Origin: a virus
Taxonomy: Duplodnaviria > Caudoviricetes
DNA: 42,011 nucleotides
Virus record (IMG/VR): IMGVR_UViG_3300033985_000086
Coordinates: 1 to 42,011 of that record
Reading direction: 5' to 3' (one strand)
Below are positions 35,887 to 42,011 of the stretch, one piece after another. The number at the start of each line of letters is the position of its first letter. Within the stretch, counting starts at the first letter, position 1. Both the position numbers and the translations under genes were made by a program. The notes under the pieces are model-generated. The model was not told the DNA's origin, did not search any database, and saw only the letters and a program-made list of their open reading frames with translations.

Positions 35887-36051
35887 TCACTTCTGTTTGG
35901 ACATTCCAAACGCCATGCACACCCGGTCGCAGTATTTGCGCTTCTCGAAGTCTTCAATGGACTCAAGTCTGCCGCTCGGCCGGTATTTCCTTTCGAGTGG
36001 CCGTCCGCAGTGCCCGCAGATCCGGATGTTTGTTTCTTTTCTCGGTCTCAT
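35887..36051 (-). CDS. 54-aa Zn-finger protein (not in ORF track)
   Basis: ATG 36051 after GGAG; MRPRKETNIRICGHCGRPLERKYRPSGRLESIEDFEKRKYCDRVCMAFGMSKQK*. Confidence 0.75.
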   Translation of the reverse strand: MRPRKETNIRICGHCGRPLERKYRPSGRLESIEDFEKRKYCDRVCMAFGMSKQK

Positions 36052-36084
36052 GGTTTCTCCGGTATACCTTTCTTTTTAAGAACG

Positions 36085-36315
36085 TCAAGCGCCGGTCAGG
36101 GGCTTGCCTTCGAAATACGGGTTCTCGGTCTCGCGGGTGAAAACCCAGTCTTCCCGCTTGATGGGCAGACACATCTTCTTGCACGCCAGTCCGAGCTTGA
36201 TGGCCGTCTCGGCGCTCGCCCGCTTCTTGCGCTGCAGGTAGTATGTGATTTGCCCGGGGCTGACCCCCGCGGCCCGGGCCAAAGCCGCCTTTTCTCCTCT
36301 TCTCCAAGTCGCCAT
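36085..36315 (-). CDS. Cro/XRE-like HTH regulator
   Basis: KAALARAAGVSPGQITYYL..ASAETAIKL; first gene of leftward operon, AAGGAGGT RBS. Confidence 0.8.
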   Translation of the reverse strand: MATWRRGEKAALARAAGVSPGQITYYLQRKKRASAETAIKLGLACKKMCLPIKREDWVFTRETENPYFEGKPLTGA

Positions 36316-36348
36316 TGAAAACCTCCTTCGGATTGTGTTACCCTAGGG

Positions 36349-36377
36349 GAAATACAGGAGTGCATAGCTGCCGTCAA
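36349..36377 (-). promoter_or_regulatory. candidate leftward promoter
   Basis: TTGACG, 17 bp, TATTTC. Confidence 0.5.
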
Positions 36378-36540
36378 AGACTTTGTTCTTGGCGGCTATA
36401 AGTGACTTATATCAAAGGGGGTTTGGAGCAGCTTCTGAAGCGGGAAGGCCGCGGAGGCCAGACAGACCTCGCGGCAAGGCTGGTCGTGACAAAAAAAAGA
36501 ATTTGTCCCCCTGAAAAATAAATATCTGGGAAACCTCGCA

Positions 36541-36602
36541 AAAAATAATTTCCTTCCGAAGAAAATTTCTGCTTGACACATTTCCCCCAAAGGCAATAAG
36601 AA
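36541..36602 (+). promoter_or_regulatory. candidate rightward promoter
   Basis: A/T tracts then perfect TTGACA 36573-36578; -10 imperfect (CAATAAGAA region). Confidence 0.55.
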
Positions 36603-36605
36603 GGA

Positions 36606-36646
36606 CTTGCCGAGGCGATGAAGGCCTCCGGCAAGCTCTTTGAAAA
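36606..36646 (+). promoter_or_regulatory. hairpin + boxA-like antitermination signal
   Basis: CTTGCCGAGGC..GCCTCCGGCAAG hairpin followed by GCTCTTTGAAAA. Confidence 0.55.
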
Positions 36647-36809
36647 ACGAATACCCACAAGCCGAGGCGGGAACTAGACCCCGAAGAGACCCGGCACAAC
36701 ATCTCCGGTAAAGCGTGGGTGCGCTCCCTGCCGGATACAAACGAGACAAGAATCTTCGCTGATTTCAAGGGAGCCTTCGGGCTCCGACCAAACCAACGAG
36801 GAGGATCTT

Positions 36810-37049
36810 ATGGCCAAGAAGAACTACAAGGCACTATTGGCTGATGGTACCGAACTGACACATGGAGCTGACCTGCTTCGAGGAGGCCAAATGAAACTGC
36901 TCTACGAGGGCAAGAGCCCTCTGGACCCGATGCACGTCCGGCGCCAAAAGCGCCGAGCTTGGTTCAAGGAAATCTGCTGTGAAGCTGTCGGGATACTGAT
37001 GGCACTGGTGGGCTTTTGGGCATTCATCGTCTTAATGTTTGTGATGTGA
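36810..37049 (+). CDS. small protein with C-terminal TM helix
   Basis: GAGGAGG RBS; second RBS and ATG at 36891. Confidence 0.6.
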   Translation: MAKKNYKALLADGTELTHGADLLRGGQMKLLYEGKSPLDPMHVRRQKRRAWFKEICCEAVGILMALVGFWAFIVLMFVM

Positions 37050-37061
37050 GGAGGTAGCACC

Positions 37062-38573
37062 ATGGCGAGTTTGCAACACGACGGCCGCCGGTACGTCTGG
37101 AGCGGCACCTACGCCGAGCGGCTCCTGCCCAAGGAAGCCGGCTTCCGCTGGGACCCGGACGCCAAGCTCTGGTACACGACGGACCACCGCAAAGCCGAAA
37201 GCCTCATCAACTACATGGCGGCCAGCGCCCTCAACGCTAGAGCGGCCTGGAAGGAAACGCTCCAGGCAAGCCGTGCTACGGATTCCGAAATCGAGATACC
37301 AGCCCCCGAGGGCCTGTCCTACCTGCCCTACCAGAAGGCCGGGATCGCCTACGCGGCCAGCCGCAAAAGCGTCCTGATCGGGGACGAGATGGGCCTGGGC
37401 AAGACAATACAGGCCCTGGGCCTGATCAACCTCGACACGGCCATCCAGACCATCCTGGTCGTGGCCCCGAAGAGCCTGCTCCTGAACTGGCAGCGCGAGG
37501 CCGAGAAGTGGCTGACCCGCACCGTCGAGCTGACCATCATCAACTACGACATGGTCTGGAAGCGGGCTGACCTGACCGAGCGGACCTGGGACCTCGTGGT
37601 CTACGACGAAAGCCAGTACTTGAAGAACCCCAAGGCCAAACGCACGAGGGCCTCTCTGGCCATCCCGGCCCGGCGCCGGGTATTCCTGACCGGCACGCCG
37701 ATCCTGAATCGCCCCGTGGAACTCTGGCCGATAGTCAACGCCATCGACCCGGAGGGCCTTGGCCGGAACTTCTTCGGCTTCGCGCAGAGATACTGCGGGG
37801 CCAAGCAGATCCGGGCCGGCCGCAAGATGGTCTGGGACTTCACTGGGGCCTCGAACCTGGAGGAGCTGCAGGACAAGATGCGCCAGCGGTTCATGGTCAG
37901 GCGCCTGAAGAAGGACGTGCTGACCGAGCTGCCGGCAAAGCGCCGCCAGATCATCCCGCTGGAAGCCAACGGCGCGAGCGGCATCCTGAAGGCCGAGAAG
38001 AAGCTCATCGAGCAGCTCGGCTTCGAGGAGGCCGCCAGGGCCCTGGAAGGCCAGAGCGCAGCCTTCACCGAGATGGCCAAGCTGCGCCACGACCTGGGCG
38101 TGGCCAAGGTGGGGAAGGCGGTCGAGCACATCATCGACATGCTGGACGGGGCGGACAAGGTCATCGTGTTCGCGCACCACCATGACGTGATCGACATCCT
38201 GAAGGCCGGCCTGGAGCAGTTCGGCTGCGTGACCATCACCGGCCAGACCAAGGACACCGACCGGCAGGCCGCGGTTGACCGCTTCCAGACCGACCCGGGC
38301 TGCCGGGTCTTCGTGGGCAACATCAAGGCGGCCGGCGTCGGCCTGACCTTGACCGCGGCCTCGACGGTCGTGTTCGTGGAGCAGGACTGGACACCGGGCT
38401 GGATGGCCCAGGCCGAAGACCGGGCGCACCGCATCGGCCAGACCGAGAGCGTGCTGGTCCAGTATCTGGTCTTCGACGGGTCCATGGACGCCGTCTTGGC
38501 CCAGACCCTGGTCAGCAAGGCGGACATCAGCGACCGCGCACTGGACCGCGAGGTGGGCCCGTCGGAAAGATAA
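37062..38573 (+). CDS. SNF2-family helicase (HARP-like)
   Basis: GDEMGLGKT, YDESQ, LTGTPILN, GVGLTLT, QAEDRAHRIGQ. Confidence 0.95.
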   Translation: MASLQHDGRRYVWSGTYAERLLPKEAGFRWDPDAKLWYTTDHRKAESLINYMAASALNARAAWKETLQASRATDSEIEIPAPEGLSYLPYQKAGIAYAASRKSVLIGDEMGLGKTIQALGLINLDTAIQTILVVAPKSLLLNWQREAEKWLTRTVELTIINYDMVWKRADLTERTWDLVVYDESQYLKNPKAKRTRASLAIPARRRVFLTGTPILNRPVELWPIVNAIDPEGLGRNFFGFAQRYCGAKQIRAGRKMVWDFTGASNLEELQDKMRQRFMVRRLKKDVLTELPAKRRQIIPLEANGASGILKAEKKLIEQLGFEEAARALEGQSAAFTEMAKLRHDLGVAKVGKAVEHIIDMLDGADKVIVFAHHHDVIDILKAGLEQFGCVTITGQTKDTDRQAAVDRFQTDPGCRVFVGNIKAAGVGLTLTAASTVVFVEQDWTPGWMAQAEDRAHRIGQTESVLVQYLVFDGSMDAVLAQTLVSKADISDRALDREVGPSER

Positions 38574-38592
38574 TGGATGGAGGTCGAGGTCT

Positions 38593-40275
38593 ATGAAATA
38601 CCTGTCAGTTTGCAGTGGCATCGAGGCCGCGACGGTCGCCTGGCATCCGCTTGGATGGGAGCCGGTGGCCTTCGCGGAGGTTGAAGCCTTCCCCGCGGCG
38701 GTGCTCGCGCACCATTACCCCGGCGTGCCCAACCTGGGCGACATGACCAAAATCAACGGAGAGCAGTATCGTGATGTCGATGTTCTTGTGGGCGGGACTC
38801 CTTGCCAGGCCTTTTCCATCGCGGGGCTGCGCAAGGGCCTTGTCGATCCGCGGGGGAATCTCACCCTCGCCTTCGCCAAGCTGGCCGACGACATGCAAGT
38901 CCCTTGGGTCGTCTGGGAGAACGTCCCCGGAGTCTTGTCTTCCAAGGACAATGCCTTCGGATGCTTTCTGGGATTCCTTGCCGGCGAAACTGTGCCGCTT
39001 CTCCCACCAGGGGGAAGATGGGCGGACGCTGGTGCTGTGTATGGACCCGCGCGGGCAATCGCGTGGCGGGTCCTTGATGCCCAATATTTCGGCCTGGCCC
39101 AACGACGCCGCCGTGTGTTCGTTGTCGCAAGTGCTAGAGAAGGGTTCGATCCCGCAGCGGTACTTTTTGAGTTCGAAGGCGTGCGCCGGGATACTCCGCC
39201 GAGCCGAGAAGCGGGGAAAACCCCTGCCGGAACAATTGAAGCAAGCCTTGGCCGCAGTCGCGGAGCGGGAACCCAGGCAGGAGCCTTGACGCATGACGTT
39301 GCCCCTTGCCTTGCCGCAAGTGGACGCGGCTTTGAACGTGCTGGCGAAACGCGAGGGCAAGACCCTGTGGTTGCCTGTCTGAACGGCATTGCAGAGTACA
39401 GGAATGTTTCAGGCACGCTCAATACAAACAGCAACCCGAGTGGGCGTAACACGCCGATGGTGGTCCGCGCATTTAAGGTCAGATGCGGTTGCGAAGGTGG
39501 CGGCAAGGGGTACCTAGGTAGTGACGATATGGCGTTCACCCTATCAACGGGTGCAGACCAGCATGTGCTGGTGAATCAAAGCCAGATAGGATGTAAACAA
39601 CATGCCAATGCTGAGAAAACCAGACCCATTGAAGCATTGCGAATATTGCGGGAAGCAATTGGAGAGGAAGCGTTTTGCGTCTGGAGTCTTGGAATCTTTG
39701 CTGAACTTCAACCGGCGCAAGTATTGCAATCGAGACTGCATGGCACGGGCTTTCGATGCGCGACATTCTCCAGAAATTGGGTGGTCTACTGCGCACTATC
39801 ACGCCAGGAAGATAGTTCCGCCTGGCTCTTGCAGTCGCTGCGGGAAACTGAATGCGAGGGATGTCCACCACAAGGATGGGGACCATCTGAACAACTCACC
39901 AGAGAACTTGGAGCGTATCTGTCGGAGCTGTCACAACCGGGAGCACAAGCCACGCGCTTCATGCGCGATCTGTGGGAAGCCTCAGAAGGGGCTGGGCTAC
40001 TGCGACAAGCACTATCAGCGGTTCAAGAAGTGGGGCGATCCTCTGGCAGTGAAACGCAATCAGCACACCGAACTTACGCGGTCCGCCGATTGACTGTCGA
40101 GGAATGTGAGTTTTTACAGGGATTTCCCCGCGGTTACACCCGCATCCCATGGCGCAACAAGCCCGCCGAGGACTGCCCGGACGGCCCGCGCTACAGGGCC
40201 ATCGGCAACAGCATGGCCGTGCCGTGCATGAGATGGATCGGTCAACGAATTCAATCAACCATTAACCATAGATAG
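38593..40275 (+). CDS. C5-cytosine DNA methyltransferase with long variable region
   Basis: CSGIEA, GGTPCQAFS, WENVPG, AQRRRR, RRLTVEECEFLQGFP, AIGNSMAV. Confidence 0.93.
   Translation: MKYLSVCSGIEAATVAWHPLGWEPVAFAEVEAFPAAVLAHHYPGVPNLGDMTKINGEQYRDVDVLVGGTPCQAFSIAGLRKGLVDPRGNLTLAFAKLADDMQVPWVVWENVPGVLSSKDNAFGCFLGFLAGETVPLLPPGGRWADAGAVYGPARAIAWRVLDAQYFGLAQRRRRVFVVASAREGFDPAAVLFEFEGVRRDTPPSREAGKTPAGTIEASLGRSRGAGTQAGALTHDVAPCLAASGRGFERAGETRGQDPVVACLNGIAEYRNVSGTLNTNSNPSGRNTPMVVRAFKVRCGCEGGGKGYLGSDDMAFTLSTGADQHVLVNQSQIGCKQHANAEKTRPIEALRILREAIGEEAFCVWSLGIFAELQPAQVLQSRLHGTGFRCATFSRNWVVYCALSRQEDSSAWLLQSLRETECEGCPPQGWGPSEQLTRELGAYLSELSQPGAQATRFMRDLWEASEGAGLLRQALSAVQEVGRSSGSETQSAHRTYAVRRLTVEECEFLQGFPRGYTRIPWRNKPAEDCPDGPRYRAIGNSMAVPCMRWIGQRIQSTINHR
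38771..39289 (+). CDS. overlapping +1-frame ORF, candidate MTase accessory polypeptide
   Basis: SLSQVLE..RYFLSSKACAGILRRAEKRGKPLP is protein-like; true start uncertain. Confidence 0.55.
   Translation: MMSMFLWAGLLARPFPSRGCARALSIRGGISPSPSPSWPTTCKSLGSSGRTSPESCLPRTMPSDAFWDSLPAKLCRFSHQGEDGRTLVLCMDPRGQSRGGSLMPNISAWPNDAAVCSLSQVLEKGSIPQRYFLSSKACAGILRRAEKRGKPLPEQLKQALAAVAEREPRQEP
39602..40093 (+). CDS. HNH endonuclease nested in +1 frame of the MTase
   Basis: CSRC..VHHKDGDHLNNSPENLERICRSCHNREH plus flanking Zn fingers; AGGA upstream of ATG. Confidence 0.85.
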   Translation: MPMLRKPDPLKHCEYCGKQLERKRFASGVLESLLNFNRRKYCNRDCMARAFDARHSPEIGWSTAHYHARKIVPPGSCSRCGKLNARDVHHKDGDHLNNSPENLERICRSCHNREHKPRASCAICGKPQKGLGYCDKHYQRFKKWGDPLAVKRNQHTELTRSAD

Positions 40276-40284
40276 GAGTTCATC

Positions 40285-40743
40285 ATGTTGGAAAAAGTCA
40301 TTTGTCTGTTCGAGCGTCTCGTCGCGGCCCAGGAAAAGATCGCGGAAAATCAGGCGGCCTACCTGGAGTTCCAGAAGGAAAACATGGTCGAGAATGTCTA
40401 CGTCGCCGCACCAGAAGCCCCCAAGACCGAAGAGAAGCCCAAGGCCACCCGGGCCAAGAAGGAAAAGGCCACGGAGCCGGTCGAAGCCCCCAAGGCCGAG
40501 GAGCCCAAGAAGGAAGAGCCGGCCAAGCCCAAGCTGACCCTGGCCGACGTCAAGGCCGCCGTGGCCAGTTACGCCGAGGCCCGCATGAAGGGCGGATCGG
40601 CGGACCCGAAGGGTGATGCTCGCGCCTTGATGGCCCATCACGGCGGCGGGGCCAAGAAGACCGACGAGATCGCCGAAGAGTACTGGGAGAGCGTCGTGGA
40701 AGCATGCAAGTCCGGGTGGGAGCCCAAGGATGAGGAGCTGTAG
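40285..40743 (+). CDS. hypothetical protein (Glu/Lys/Pro linker, C-terminal helical domain)
   Basis: AGGAG RBS; usual neighbour upstream of DUF2800 genes. Confidence 0.75.
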   Translation: MLEKVICLFERLVAAQEKIAENQAAYLEFQKENMVENVYVAAPEAPKTEEKPKATRAKKEKATEPVEAPKAEEPKKEEPAKPKLTLADVKAAVASYAEARMKGGSADPKGDARALMAHHGGGAKKTDEIAEEYWESVVEACKSGWEPKDEEL

Positions 40744-40746
40744 GAT

Positions 40747-41961
40747 ATGGCCGCACACGCCAAACTGTCGCCCAGCGCGGCATCACGGTGGATCAACTGT
40801 CCCGGCTCGGTGGCGCTCTGCGCCACCCTGCCGACCCCGCCTTCAACCTATTATGCCGACGAGGGCACAGCTGCCCATGCCCTGGCTGAGAAGTGCATCA
40901 TCGAAAAGCTTGACGCCGCCCGGTATCTCGGCTGGTATATCAAGCCCATGGACAAGGGCGTCCTCTGGACCAACCCGCTGACCTCCATCAACCTCGACGG
41001 CTTCGAGGTCAACGACGAGATGGTCGAGTCCGTCCAAATGTACCTCGACGCCCTGCGCGAACCTGGCCTGCCGATCATCCCGGAGCAGCGCCTGTCCCTC
41101 GAACATGTCTGGAGCGGCATGTTTGGCACCTGCGATGCGCAGATCCACGACCAGGCGAACGGCGTCCTGTACGTCTGGGACTACAAGCACGGCGCCGGCG
41201 TCCTGGTCGCCCCCGACGAGAACCCTCAAGCCATGCTGTATGCGGAAGCGGTCCTGCATGCCTTGAAGGACAAGTCGTGGGTCAAGAAGATCGTAATCGG
41301 CATCGCCCAGCCGCGGCACCACAACGGCGGCATCATGACCTGGGACACCACTCCGGGCTATATCGAGGACTGGATCAAGGGCACGGTCAAACCGGCCGCT
41401 CTGGCCACCACAAAGAAGGACGCCCCCCTGGTCCCGGGCGAGAAGCAGTGCCGCTGGTGCGCCGCAAAAGCGGTCTGCCCGGCCCTGCTGGGGCAGGCCC
41501 TGGAGGTCGCCCAGGTCGCTTTCGCCGACATCGTACCAGCCGAGGTCCCGACTCTGACCTTCCCGAACCCGATGGACATGACGCCCGAGGAGCGGGCCAA
41601 GGTCGCAAGCCTCCTGACAGCCCTGGACGACTACAAAGCCTCCTTCTTCCAATACCTGCAGGAACTGGCCGAACGAGGGGAAGCCACCCCGGGCTGGAAG
41701 CTGGTGCGGAAGAAGGCGAACCGCAAATGGAAATCTGAGGCCCTGGTGATCAACCAGCTCGAAGGCGTCCTGGGCGACCTGCTATGGGAGAAAAAGCTCT
41801 TGTCCCCGGCCAAGCTGGAAAAGATCAAGGGCATCGACAAGAAGGCACTGGCTGCGCTCTGGGAGACGCCGGAAGGCACGCTCGCCCTGGTGCCTGAATC
41901 CGACAAAAGGCCCGCGGTCGTCCCGGCCGCGCTCAACCCCTTCAACTTTGACGACCTCTAA
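40747..41961 (+). CDS. DUF2800-family Cas4-like PD-(D/E)XK exonuclease
   Basis: HAKLSPSAASRWINCPGS, EGTAAH, FGTCD, DYKHG, NPQAMLY, CRWC..C. Confidence 0.9.
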   Translation: MAAHAKLSPSAASRWINCPGSVALCATLPTPPSTYYADEGTAAHALAEKCIIEKLDAARYLGWYIKPMDKGVLWTNPLTSINLDGFEVNDEMVESVQMYLDALREPGLPIIPEQRLSLEHVWSGMFGTCDAQIHDQANGVLYVWDYKHGAGVLVAPDENPQAMLYAEAVLHALKDKSWVKKIVIGIAQPRHHNGGIMTWDTTPGYIEDWIKGTVKPAALATTKKDAPLVPGEKQCRWCAAKAVCPALLGQALEVAQVAFADIVPAEVPTLTFPNPMDMTPEERAKVASLLTALDDYKASFFQYLQELAERGEATPGWKLVRKKANRKWKSEALVINQLEGVLGDLLWEKKLLSPAKLEKIKGIDKKALAALWETPEGTLALVPESDKRPAVVPAALNPFNFDDL

Positions 41962-41989
41962 CCCCTACTGGACTACAGGAGACACAACC

Positions 41990-42011
41990 ATGGCTATCGA
42001 CCCTATCCTCA
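41990..42011 (+). CDS. start of next gene (possibly ssDNA-binding protein by synteny), truncated
   Basis: AGGAG RBS, MAIDPIL at window end. Confidence 0.45.

Noticed and set aside
40747-41961. Cas4-like nuclease as the cas partner of the mini-array
   Set aside because: It is the standard DUF2800 replication-module exonuclease; no cas1/2, Cascade or cas3 nearby

Overview
The window is most of a GC-rich, BPP-1/APSE-like podovirus (phage or prophage) genome. No integrase, DNA polymerase or host flank is visible. A leftward block (36315 to 4525) encodes a Cro-like regulator, primase-helicase plus probable origin, resolvase, GH108 endolysin, holin, terminases, portal, scaffold, capsid, cement, tail tubular A/B, three ejection proteins (one a 3015-aa polyvalent protein with tandem ART-like modules) and a tail fibre. 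A rightward block encodes an SNF2 helicase, a C5 methyltransferase and a DUF2800 nuclease at the right end, and small genes, a ThyX-like gene and two amino-methyltransferases at the left end. Highlights: (1) a cas-less, leaderless type I-E CRISPR mini-array (5 repeats, 4 spacers) wedged between two convergent stop codons, with one spacer reading like a rival phage's head-tail adaptor gene; (2) an integron-type restriction-modification cassette captured in the phage; (3) a C5 methyltransferase gene carrying two protein-like ORFs, one an HNH nuclease, in its +1 frame; (4) a repeat-delimited ART-module array inside an ejection protein. All calls come from motif recognition by eye; no searches were run.
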